A DNA stretch of 64,000 bases from Candidatus Peregrinibacteria bacterium CG2_30_44_17. Lineage in GTDB: Bacteria > Patescibacteriota > Gracilibacteria > UBA1369 > UBA12470. Shown here piece after piece: positions 38,096-46,626 of this stretch. The stretch covers positions 613 to 64,612 of the forward strand of contig MNZJ01000025.1 of the NCBI GenBank assembly GCA_001873565.1. The letters are read 5' to 3'. The translations under genes and the position numbers were made by a program. Position 1 is the stretch's first letter. The number at the start of each line of letters is the position of its first letter. The notes under the pieces are model-generated. The model searched no databases. It saw nothing but the letters and a program-made list of their open reading frames with translations, and was not told the DNA's origin.

Positions 38096-39265
38096 ATGAA
38101 TATAGGCATCATATTGGCAGCCGGCCAAGGATGGAGACTGGGAGCCGGCACAAAAAAAGCTTTTGTAAAAGTGCTGGGCAAGCCATTGATTTATTTTTCA
38201 GTTGCAGCATTCTTAGACTCGGAAGACATAGAGACGATAGTCGTAGTAGTGCCAAAGGGATCAATCAAGGAATTTGATGAATTCGCGGAAGAAATTGAAA
38301 TGAACAAAAAACTTATAAGGATCACGGGGGCGGACTCAAGATTCGGCTCTTTGAAAAAAGCAATAAACGAACTGGACAAACATTTCAGTAAGAGACAGCT
38401 ATCCAATGCAAAAATAATTATTCACAATGCGGCTAATCCGCTTGTAACTCTCGGCGAAATAAAAAGAGTTACGGAGACGCTTGAGAAATACGATGCAGCT
38501 GGAGTTGGAGTGCCATTACAAGATACGATAAGAAGGGTCTCTAGGACAAAAACAGAGACGCTTGAGCGCGAAAACATATGGCGAATGCAAACGCCGCAAG
38601 GACTCAAGTACAAAATATTAATGGAAGGGATTAAGGCTGCAAAAGGCAGCCCGACAGACGACATTCAGCTGGCGGAAATCATAGGCATCAAACCAAAACT
38701 TATTCCTGGCGTAGCCCAGAATTTCAAAGTGACTACTCAGACTGATTTGGACCTACTGGAGGACGTACTCCTTTCAAGACGCGAATACAGCGCGGGACTT
38801 GGCGAAGACAGTCATCCTTTTGGCGAAGAAGGGAAGCTCATTTTGGGTGGGTTAACGATAGCCAAACATCATAAGATGCAGGCGGATTCGGACGGAGATG
38901 TCATGATACACTCATTAATTACGGCAATATTGCAGGGGCTTGGGCTGGGATCGCTTGGTCCTTTTGCGGAACCAATGCTGCAAGAAGGAATAACGGATAG
39001 CCGAGAGTATTTGGCAAGAATATTAGACATGCTTGATGATGAAAACTGGGAGATCGACGGAATAGAATTTGTATTCGAATGTCTGGAACCCAAGATAGAC
39101 CCAATAGCAAGCAAGCTAAAAAAATCCATAGCGAAATTATGTGGAATCGAAGAAGAAAAAGTCAGTATTGCGGCACACACGGGAGACGGACTAACGGCAT
39201 TTGCTAGAGGCGAAGGTATCAGATGCCAATGCTTGGTAACACTAGCAAGAATATGGTTAGACTAA
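38096..39265 (+). CDS. ispDF: Bifunctional MEP cytidylyltransferase / MEcPP synthase
   Basis: N-terminal IspD (ILAAGQGWRLG) is fused to C-terminal IspF (GLGEDSHPF, SDGDVMIHSL). Confidence 0.9.
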   Translation: MNIGIILAAGQGWRLGAGTKKAFVKVLGKPLIYFSVAAFLDSEDIETIVVVVPKGSIKEFDEFAEEIEMNKKLIRITGADSRFGSLKKAINELDKHFSKRQLSNAKIIIHNAANPLVTLGEIKRVTETLEKYDAAGVGVPLQDTIRRVSRTKTETLERENIWRMQTPQGLKYKILMEGIKAAKGSPTDDIQLAEIIGIKPKLIPGVAQNFKVTTQTDLDLLEDVLLSRREYSAGLGEDSHPFGEEGKLILGGLTIAKHHKMQADSDGDVMIHSLITAILQGLGLGSLGPFAEPMLQEGITDSREYLARILDMLDDENWEIDGIEFVFECLEPKIDPIASKLKKSIAKLCGIEEEKVSIAAHTGDGLTAFARGEGIRCQCLVTLARIWLD

Positions 39266-39945
39266 AGTCGTATGCAAAAGTAAATTTAGCCCTCGACATT
39301 CTCGGCAAAGACGAAAAAAGCGGATACCATTTCGTGGACACGGTAATATGCGAAGTGATGGACCTCTATGATGAAATAGAAATAACGCCGTCTGGCAAAC
39401 TTACAGTCGAAACGGACATCGAGAGCCTGAACAACGAAGATAATCTGGCATACAAAGCTGCTAAGCTCATAGGCGCAAAAGCGCATATCAAAATCAAGAA
39501 AAACATACCACTCCGTTCTGGTCTTGGCGGAGGTTCAAGCAACGCAGCCTCTGTATTGAAAGCGCTTGGAGTCGGCAAATCAGAGGAGGAACTACTCAAG
39601 CTCGCATCAAAGCTCGGGATGGACGTGCCAATTTTCATACTTGGAGGTGTTTGTCACGCAACTCATTACGGAGAGTCGGTAGAGAGGATAAAAACAGATT
39701 TGGAGCTCAGCATAAAAATAACGCTGCAAAGCAGGCCACAAACAACGCGTGATGCTTATGCAAAAGTTGACCTCTCGAAAGTTGGAAAAGACCGTCCCAA
39801 AACGGCTGCACTAATAAAAGCGCTCAAAGAAAATAATTTGGAAGGCGTAATCAAAAACTTGCACAACGACTTCGAAACAACCTCCGCATGCTTGCATCAT
39901 CTCTCTGGATCAGGGCCATCATATTTTGAACTTACACAAGGCTAG
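39253..39945 (+). CDS. ispE: 4-diphosphocytidyl-2-C-methyl-D-erythritol kinase
   Basis: GHMP kinase motif PLRSGLGGGSSNAAS. Start taken at the ATG at 39253 (MVRLKSYAKVNL). Overlaps the ispDF end by 13 nt. Confidence 0.8.
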   Translation: MVRLKSYAKVNLALDILGKDEKSGYHFVDTVICEVMDLYDEIEITPSGKLTVETDIESLNNEDNLAYKAAKLIGAKAHIKIKKNIPLRSGLGGGSSNAASVLKALGVGKSEEELLKLASKLGMDVPIFILGGVCHATHYGESVERIKTDLELSIKITLQSRPQTTRDAYAKVDLSKVGKDRPKTAALIKALKENNLEGVIKNLHNDFETTSACLHHLSGSGPSYFELTQG

Positions 39946-40537
39946 TCCTTCCATTCATGGCTCTGCTGATAGTGGTTTGATCAGCGTATTCCAAATCTCC
40001 TCCGCTTGGTAATCCACGTGCTATACGAGTGATTTTGATATCGAAAGCAGCAAGAAGGCGAGCGATATAAAGCCCTGTAGCCTCTCCTTCAAGGCTTGGA
40101 TTTGTAGCTACAATAATTTCGCTGATAGATCCTTCGGAAGCGCGATCAAAGAGCTCTTTCATCTTTAGCTCATCGGGTCCAATGCCATCAAGAGGGGTAA
40201 TAGCACCATGCAAGACATGATATAGCCCTTTGTATTCCCCTGTTTTTTCGATCGCAATTAGATCCATAGGGTCTTCGACAACGCAAACCAAGCTGCGATC
40301 ACGGGAATCGTCTTGGCAAATTTCGCATAAGTCGGTAGTGGCAAGAGTGAAGCACTCTTTGCAAAAGACGATGCCGTCTTTAACCTGCAAAAGTGCATCA
40401 GAAAGACCTCTCGCAGTGAAATCAGGACTCTTCAGAATATGGAAAGCAAGCCTCTGAGCCGTCTTAGGCCCAATGCCGGGAAGTCGGTTGAATTCGTTTA
40501 TGAGTTCGTCAATATTTTTCGGGAGGTATTTAGCCAT
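39932..40537 (-). CDS. recR: Recombination protein RecR
   Basis: HhH ([15 protein letters not shown]), Cys4 zinc finger (CKEC, CEIC) and a Toprim domain. Confidence 0.92.
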   Translation of the reverse strand: MAKYLPKNIDELINEFNRLPGIGPKTAQRLAFHILKSPDFTARGLSDALLQVKDGIVFCKECFTLATTDLCEICQDDSRDRSLVCVVEDPMDLIAIEKTGEYKGLYHVLHGAITPLDGIGPDELKMKELFDRASEGSISEIIVATNPSLEGEATGLYIARLLAAFDIKITRIARGLPSGGDLEYADQTTISRAMNGRTSLV

Positions 40538-41069
40538 TTACTAATCTTAAGAATTCGTTACGGGTATCTGTATTCCTTTTAAATAGTCCTTTGAGTGCGG
40601 AAGTTGTTACATTGCTGCTCTGTTTTTCTACACCACGAGCCATCATACAAAGATGCTTCGCCTCAATAATAACAGCAACGCCTCGAGGATGTAATACGTC
40701 GTCAAGCGCATCTGCAATTTGCTGAGTAAGCCTCTCCTGATTCTGAAGTCGGCGCGAAAAAACCTCAACCAATCTGGGGAACTTAGATAGGCCAACTATC
40801 TTGCCATTGGGGATATAGGCGATATGAACTTTCCCAAAAAAAGGCATCATGTGATGTTCGCAAGTACTAAAAAACTCAATATCCTTAACCAAAATCATCT
40901 CATCGTAATTTTCTCCGTCAAACGTCTTTATGATATCTTTCGGATTTTCGTTGTAGCCTCCAAAAAGCTTTCCTACCATCTTCTCGACACGCTTTGGCGT
41001 GTCAAGTAGGCCCTCTCTGTCGGGATCTTCGCCTATCGATTTAAAAAACTCTCTAAGATTCTGCATCAC
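40530..41069 (-). CDS. folE: GTP cyclohydrolase I
   Basis: [10 protein letters not shown] and QERLTQQIA signatures. 179 aa. Confidence 0.9.
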   Translation of the reverse strand: MMQNLREFFKSIGEDPDREGLLDTPKRVEKMVGKLFGGYNENPKDIIKTFDGENYDEMILVKDIEFFSTCEHHMMPFFGKVHIAYIPNGKIVGLSKFPRLVEVFSRRLQNQERLTQQIADALDDVLHPRGVAVIIEAKHLCMMARGVEKQSSNVTTSALKGLFKRNTDTRNEFLRLVNG

Positions 41070-41625
41070 ACATTTTTAAAAAATATTTATGCACGGTTGT
41101 ATCAAGGGTCAATTCGGGATGGAAGGTCGATACGAGAATATTCCCTTGGCGACACATTATAATGTCAGATTGGTATTTAGCCAAAATTTCTACATCGCTA
41201 CCGACATGCAAAATCCGCGGAGCACGAATAAAAACGGCATGTATAGTTTTGCCAAGCACCTCGATCTCAGATTCAAAACTATCAAGTTGCCTTCCGTATG
41301 CATTTCTCTCGATATCTATATCTATCAGTCCAAGGTTGTCAGCTTTTAGATCACCTGATACGGTTTTTGCTAACAAGATGGCTCCAGCACAAGTGCCGTA
41401 AACAGGCATTCCGGTGCGCACACGTTTTATTATAGCTTTGCCGAGTCCTTCGAGCTTAAGGAGCTTCCCAATAGTGGTACTCTCGCCACCTGGCATAGCA
41501 AGGAGGTCTACCTTGTCAAGATCAGCAGTTGTTCTAACTTCGATAACATCTCCTGCGCCGGCTCTTTTGAGGGCTCGTACATGTTCAATGACTGAACCTT
41601 GGATTGCTAGGACTCCTGCTTTCAT
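41053..41625 (-). CDS. pdxT: Pyridoxal 5'-phosphate synthase glutaminase subunit
   Basis: 190-aa class I amidotransferase ([17 protein letters not shown]). Confidence 0.9.
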   Translation of the reverse strand: MKAGVLAIQGSVIEHVRALKRAGAGDVIEVRTTADLDKVDLLAMPGGESTTIGKLLKLEGLGKAIIKRVRTGMPVYGTCAGAILLAKTVSGDLKADNLGLIDIDIERNAYGRQLDSFESEIEVLGKTIHAVFIRAPRILHVGSDVEILAKYQSDIIMCRQGNILVSTFHPELTLDTTVHKYFLKMCDAES

Positions 41626-41648
41626 ATGTTTATACGTAATAATGTAAG

Positions 41649-41724
41649 TTTTTTTGTTTTCGCGAGCGGCTCTGCAGTCCCGCCTTGGCGGGACGAAGCC
41701 CTAGCGAGTGACAAACAAAAAAAA
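41649..41724. other. Long intercistronic hairpin between pdxS and pdxT
   Basis: The core GTCCCGCC (41677-41684) / GGCGGGAC (41687-41694) is nested inside the flanking complementary runs TTTTTTTGTTT (41649-41659) and AAACAAAAAAA (41713-41723). Confidence 0.65.
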
Positions 41725-41727
41725 CTC

Positions 41728-42615
41728 CTACCATCCGCGCTCAGCAAACCTATCATCAAGCTTTGTTATTTCAAGGCTATGCATAGCTTCGCCAAGGCCT
41801 TCGGATGCTTTTGCGATTTTAGCTGGATCATTAAAATACATCACCGCTTCGACGATAGCCTTTGCCCTTCTCTTGGGATCGGAAGATTTAAAGATGCCAC
41901 TGCCTACGAAAACGCCATCACATCCAAGTTGCATCATCATAGCGGCATCAGCAGGAGTGGCAATGCCTCCAGCAGCAAAATTAACAACAGGAAATTCGCC
42001 ATCTTTGGCAACTTTGGTGACAAGCTCCAAAGAAACCCTCATCGAAGCAGCAGCCTTCTTCCTTTCTGCTGCATTCATTTTTATAAGAGCTTCAAGCTCA
42101 CGCATTATTTTCTTCCAATGCCTTACGGCTTCGACCACATTTCCAGTCCCAGCCTCCCCTTTGGTGCGTATCATTGCAGCGCCTTCATCGATTCTACGCA
42201 GCGCTTCCCCAAGTCCGGTAGCGCCACATACAAAAGGTACTTTGAATTTGGATTTGTCGACATGAGCCTCTTCGTCCGCTGGAGTCAGAACCTCGCTTTC
42301 GTCGATATAGTCGATGCCAAGAGCTTCAAGTATTTGAGCCTCGACAAAATGTCCAATACGAACCTTCGCCATCACAGGGATGGAAACAGCTTTCATAATG
42401 CCTTTTATCATTATAGGGTCGCTCATACGAGCAACGCCTCCATCTCTACGAATGTCGGAAGGTACGCGTTCAAGAGCCATAACAGCAACAGCGCCAGCAT
42501 CTTCGGCAATCTTAGCTTGTTCGGGATCAACGACGTCCATGATGACGCCACCTTTGAGCATTTGCGCCAACCCCTTCTTTAGATTGGTCGTGTTTTTAGC
42601 TATTTTTTTAGGCAT
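41728..42615 (-). CDS. pdxS: Pyridoxal 5'-phosphate synthase lyase subunit
   Basis: Highly conserved PdxS sequence ([25 protein letters not shown]). Start set to the ATG at 42615; the longer ORF up to 42663 adds an unconserved extension. Confidence 0.92.
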   Translation of the reverse strand: MPKKIAKNTTNLKKGLAQMLKGGVIMDVVDPEQAKIAEDAGAVAVMALERVPSDIRRDGGVARMSDPIMIKGIMKAVSIPVMAKVRIGHFVEAQILEALGIDYIDESEVLTPADEEAHVDKSKFKVPFVCGATGLGEALRRIDEGAAMIRTKGEAGTGNVVEAVRHWKKIMRELEALIKMNAAERKKAAASMRVSLELVTKVAKDGEFPVVNFAAGGIATPADAAMMMQLGCDGVFVGSGIFKSSDPKRRAKAIVEAVMYFNDPAKIAKASEGLGEAMHSLEITKLDDRFAERGW

Positions 42616-42647
42616 AATTGAATTGATTTTAAGAAAAACGCAGGGCG

Positions 42648-42676
42648 ATTCTACCTTGAGCAAGGCAAAAAAACAA
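42648..42676 (-). promoter_or_regulatory. Putative pdxS promoter (TTGTTT-17-TAGAAT) with CGCCCT discriminator
   Basis: The minus strand has TAGAAT (42653-42648) and TTGTTT (42676-42671). There are 32 nt between the -10 and the ATG at 42615. Confidence 0.5.
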
Positions 42677-42693
42677 CGCAGAAGTCATCCATT

Positions 42694-42728
42694 CACTAAT
42701 CCCTAACCGCTAAATCCTAAGTCCTAAC
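42694..42728. repeat. Heptad array with five CTA in exact 7-nt phase
   Basis: cACTAat ccCTAac cgCTAaa tcCTAag tcCTAac, with CTA at 42696, 42703, 42710, 42717 and 42724. The unit at 42724-42726 is the TAG stop of the TrmB-like gene on the minus strand. Confidence 0.85.
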
Positions 42729-43032
42729 TTAATACCGGTATAAGCATCTTAAGCTTATTTTCGGCTTCGACAATAATTGACCTTTTTATTTTGAGCATGC
42801 GGAGAATTTTATCAGGACTGCATGGGGCAAAATGCTTAATACCATTTCGGGTCTCCATTCTAAAAATCCCTCTATTACAAAGACATGCAAGATGATTGTA
42901 TGCGTCAACTCTTTTGACATCGGCTTTGCGTGCAATAATACTGGCAGGCTGAGGGCCAAGCTTAAGCGCGGCCATATAGAGCTGCTCATCTTTTGATGTA
43001 AGGTCCAAGATTTGGAAAATCTCACCTAACAT
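42724..43032 (-). CDS. TrmB-like winged-HTH transcriptional regulator (N-terminal domain only)
   Basis: 102 aa. DLTSKDEQLYMAALKLGPQPASIIARKADVKRVDAYNHLACLCNRG fits the TrmB/ArsR-type wHTH pattern. Confidence 0.55.
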   Translation of the reverse strand: MLGEIFQILDLTSKDEQLYMAALKLGPQPASIIARKADVKRVDAYNHLACLCNRGIFRMETRNGIKHFAPCSPDKILRMLKIKRSIIVEAENKLKMLIPVLS

Positions 43033-43064
43033 AGCTTCTTAGAGTAATCAAATGGTAGAGGGCG

Positions 43065-43093
43065 ATTCTAGACGCTAATAATGAATTTGTCAA
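43065..43093 (-). promoter_or_regulatory. Putative promoter of the TrmB-like gene (TTGACA-17-TAGAAT) with CGCCCT discriminator
   Basis: The minus strand has TTGACA (43093-43088), a 17-nt spacer and TAGAAT (43070-43065). There are 32 nt to the ATG at 43032. The 12-mer TAGAATCGCCCT is shared with the pdxS promoter. Confidence 0.6.
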
Positions 43094-43216
43094 GTCTCGT
43101 TGTCATGAAACACGCAGGAAAAAGATGCCAATCAGTGCATAGACAAACCTGTAAACCGCCTGTAATAAGCCATTTACAGCAGGACTGTGTCAAAAGGCTT
43201 GCACAGCGCAAAAGCC

Positions 43217-46200
43217 CTATACGTACTCATCCCATCCTTTGATCTTGAGGTCAGAGATGTCGTATTTGGCTATTGTCTTAACCATCAGCCTGGCGACTTG
43301 TAGATTCGTAATCAGCGGTATGTTGAGATCGATAGTGCGTCTGCGAATCTGATATCCGGAGGTCATCTCCTCGTGACTGTAATTACGCGGAATATTTATG
43401 ACAAGGTCGATACTTCTTTCCTTCAGGTAGTCATCAAGGTCGGGTGACCCCTCTCCTATTTTATTGAGTTTGTGAGCCATAACGCCACGTTCTTTTAGGA
43501 AATCCGCAGTGCCGGCTGTAGCAAAAAGTGAGTAGCCCATGGCGCGTAGCTTTTGCGCTGAGTCGACAAACTCAGCCTTGTCTTCGATACGGCCTATGCT
43601 AAGTAAAATATTTTTCTTTGGTATCTCAAATCCAACAGAGATCATAGCCTTAAGAAAGGCTTCTTCAATGTCATCGCCAAAACAAGCAACTTCTCCGGTA
43701 GAAGCCATTTCAACCCCAAGTACGGGGTCAGCCCCTTTGAGTCGTGAGAAGCTAAACTGCGGAACTTTGACTCCGACATGATCTATATCAAGCGTCCTAT
43801 AATATTTCTTCTTCATCTCTCGAGGGCTTGCGCCAAGCATAGCCTTTGTAGCGAGCTCAATGAAATTATAGCCAGTCACTTTCGAACTAAAAGGGAAGCT
43901 CCTACTGGCACGCAAATTACACTCTATAACTTTGATCTCGTTATTTCTCGCTAAGAATTGGATGTTGAAAGGGCCTGTAATGTTCAGTGCTTTAGCAATC
44001 TGTTTGGTGATGTGCCTGATTCGCTTAATTGTTTCAAGATAAAGTTTTTGTGGAGGCAGTACGATAGTGGCATCGCCGCTATGAACTCCGGCATGCTCAA
44101 CATGTTCGGCCATTGCCCAGATTACAACTTCGCCCTTTGCAGCGACAGCATCGATCTCGATCTCTTTCGCGCCTGTTTCAAACTTGCTGATAACGACAGG
44201 AGCGTCGGTAGAAATTTTTACAGCTCGCAACAAATAAGCTTTGAGTTCGGCCTCATTTTGCGCGACATTCATTGCGGCGCCGGATAGAACGTAAGAAGGC
44301 CTAACAAGAACAGGATATCCTACGTCAGTCGCAAATCTATAAGCGTCTTCTGGGCGGGAAAAATCTTTCCACCTAGGCTGATCAATATCAAGCTTATCGA
44401 GCATCGCGGAAAATTTATGACGGTTCTCGGCGCGATCAATATCCTTAGGACTGGTTCCAAGGATTTTGACATTCTCCTTATCAAGCTTCACGGCAAGATT
44501 GTTAGGGATTTGCCCACCGGTAGAAATGATGACACCGTGAGGTTTTTCAAAATCACAAATATCCAGTACTCTTTCAAGCGAAAGCTCGTCAAAATAAAGC
44601 TTGTCGCAAATATCATAGTCTGTAGACACAGTTTCTGGATTATAATTAATCATGATCGTCTCAATCTTTTCTTTCGCCAAGTATTGCGTCGCGGTTACGC
44701 AACACCAATCAAATTCGACAGAAGAACCTATACAGTAAGGACCACTGCCAAGGACAATAACTTTTTTGCGACCGGTTCTGGAGACATCGCTTCTGTCACC
44801 ATGATATGTAAGGTATAGATAGTTCGTACTGGCAGGCCATTCCGCCGCCATGGTATCGATTTGCTTTACTACGGGGGTGATGCCGAATTTCTTTCGGAGG
44901 CTTCGAACAGCGAGTTCACTTTTGTCAGTGCATATACCAATTTGACGATCGGAGAACCCTTGTTTCTTTGCACTAAGAACAAGCTCTTTGGATAGGCGTT
45001 CTGCCTTGAGCTTTGTCTCGGTATCGACAACATTCTTGATTTTGGACAAAAACCATTTATCAATTCCGCTTAATTTGTTGATTTTATCAATGCTCCATCC
45101 TTGGTGGATAGCTTCTACTATGGCCAAAATCCGTTTTGGAGTTGGCACAGATATCTCTTGCTGTAATTTCTCCGCAGAAATCCCAAGCCTCTCGTTTCCG
45201 GTCAGCCCATAGAATCCGACTTGGAGCATTCGAAGTCCTTTCTGTATCACCTCCTCAAAACTCCTGCCAAGCGCCATGATCTCTCCCACAGACTTCATTT
45301 CACTTGTGATTTCTTGCGAAACCTTCCTGAATTTATCAAGGTCCCAACGAGGTATTTTAAGAGCCAGATAATCGAGTGCAGGTTCGAAACACGCAGTTGT
45401 ATTTTTAGTAACGGCATTTTTGATTTCAGGCAGGCTATATCCCAGAGCTAGCTTAGCCGCAACGTGAGCAAGCGGATAACCGGTAGCCTTGGAAGCCAGA
45501 GCGGAAGATCTCGACAGCCGAGCATTAACTTCGATAACGCGATAATCTTCTGACTCAGGATCAAGCGCGTACTGGATATTGCACTCACCAACGATACCAA
45601 GATGCCTAATCGTCTTAATCGCAATTTCTCTCAGCTTGTGGTACTCGCTATTTGTCAAAGTTTGAGATGGCGCAACCACAATGCTCTCTCCGGTATGAAT
45701 CCCCAAGGGATCAAAATTCTCCATATTGCAAACAGTAATGCAGTTGTCGTATGAGTCGCGAACAACTTCGTACTCAACCTCTTTCCACCCTTTCAAGTTC
45801 TCTTCTACCAAAACCTGCGGGCTGTAAGCAAAGGCGTTCTCGAGGAGAACTTTGAGTTCATCCTCGTTATTAGCAAAACCACTGCCCTTACCACCCAAAG
45901 CAAAAGCGGCACGTACAATAACCGGATAGCCGATGACCTTGGCGGCATTCAGACCACGTTCGACAGACTCACAAGCCTTGCTGCGCGGAACCTTGATGTC
46001 GATTTCAGCAAGAGCCTTGTTAAAAAGCTCGCGGTCCTCGGTAGTTTCAATAGTAGATACCGGAGTCCCAAGGACTTTGACATTATATTTTGCAAGTACT
46101 CCTGACTTATGTAGCGCCACACCGCAATTAAGAGCGGTCTGACCTCCAAAGCTGAGGAGGAGTCCATCGGGCTTTTCTCTGGCAATAACTTTTTCTACGA

Positions 46201-46414
46201 AATAAGGATTCACAGGCAGAAAATAGATCTTATCAGCAAGACCCTGACTGGTTTGATTTGTGGCAATATTCGGATTTACCAATACGGTTTTTATACGTTC
46301 CTCGGACAGGGCTTTTATAGCTTGCGAGCCGGAGTAGTCAAACTCACCAGCTTCGCCGATTTTCAGGGCTCCACTGCCCAAGATAAGAACTTTTTTTGGT
46401 TTGATTTTATTCAT
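43217..46414 (-). CDS. carB: Carbamoyl-phosphate synthase large subunit
   Basis: 1065 aa with a duplicated ATP-grasp architecture and a C-terminal MGS-like domain. Strongly conserved throughout. Confidence 0.95.
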   Translation of the reverse strand: MNKIKPKKVLILGSGALKIGEAGEFDYSGSQAIKALSEERIKTVLVNPNIATNQTSQGLADKIYFLPVNPYFVEKVIAREKPDGLLLSFGGQTALNCGVALHKSGVLAKYNVKVLGTPVSTIETTEDRELFNKALAEIDIKVPRSKACESVERGLNAAKVIGYPVIVRAAFALGGKGSGFANNEDELKVLLENAFAYSPQVLVEENLKGWKEVEYEVVRDSYDNCITVCNMENFDPLGIHTGESIVVAPSQTLTNSEYHKLREIAIKTIRHLGIVGECNIQYALDPESEDYRVIEVNARLSRSSALASKATGYPLAHVAAKLALGYSLPEIKNAVTKNTTACFEPALDYLALKIPRWDLDKFRKVSQEITSEMKSVGEIMALGRSFEEVIQKGLRMLQVGFYGLTGNERLGISAEKLQQEISVPTPKRILAIVEAIHQGWSIDKINKLSGIDKWFLSKIKNVVDTETKLKAERLSKELVLSAKKQGFSDRQIGICTDKSELAVRSLRKKFGITPVVKQIDTMAAEWPASTNYLYLTYHGDRSDVSRTGRKKVIVLGSGPYCIGSSVEFDWCCVTATQYLAKEKIETIMINYNPETVSTDYDICDKLYFDELSLERVLDICDFEKPHGVIISTGGQIPNNLAVKLDKENVKILGTSPKDIDRAENRHKFSAMLDKLDIDQPRWKDFSRPEDAYRFATDVGYPVLVRPSYVLSGAAMNVAQNEAELKAYLLRAVKISTDAPVVISKFETGAKEIEIDAVAAKGEVVIWAMAEHVEHAGVHSGDATIVLPPQKLYLETIKRIRHITKQIAKALNITGPFNIQFLARNNEIKVIECNLRASRSFPFSSKVTGYNFIELATKAMLGASPREMKKKYYRTLDIDHVGVKVPQFSFSRLKGADPVLGVEMASTGEVACFGDDIEEAFLKAMISVGFEIPKKNILLSIGRIEDKAEFVDSAQKLRAMGYSLFATAGTADFLKERGVMAHKLNKIGEGSPDLDDYLKERSIDLVINIPRNYSHEEMTSGYQIRRRTIDLNIPLITNLQVARLMVKTIAKYDISDLKIKGWDEYV

Positions 46415-46431
46415 GGCTGTAAATGTTTTGT

Positions 46432-46460
46432 AAAAAAAAACGCCCCTGCCAGTGAGCGTT
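46432..46460 (-). promoter_or_regulatory. Weak hairpin plus U9 tract 17 nt upstream of the carB start
   Basis: The minus strand reads AACGC-tcactggcaggg-GCGTT followed by nine T, then acaaaacatttacagcc ATG. Confidence 0.3.
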
Positions 46461-46557
46461 GAAAGATCACCTTGAATGGAGCGAACCGCTGACTATGTAT
46501 TGTAGTAAAAGCATATTCTTGTCTCGGAATATACAGTAAGAAACGACTTGTCGCAAA

Positions 46558-46606
46558 CAAAACTTCCCTCTTCCATCCCTGATTCTGTAGCGTGAACAGG
46601 CCCTAG
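46558..46606. repeat. 49-nt dispersed intergenic element, copy 2
   Basis: Matches 12461-12509 at 44 of 49 positions. All five differences are C/T transitions. It lies between the comM stop and the carB start. Confidence 0.85.
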
Positions 46607-46626
46607 GAAGTTCAAAGAGTCAAAAG

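Noticed and set aside
41626-42582. 318-aa ORF on the plus strand (also 41708-42265)
   Set aside because: It is fully antisense to the highly conserved pdxS gene. Its sequence is Ser/Phe-rich low-complexity with no motif, a typical shadow ORF.
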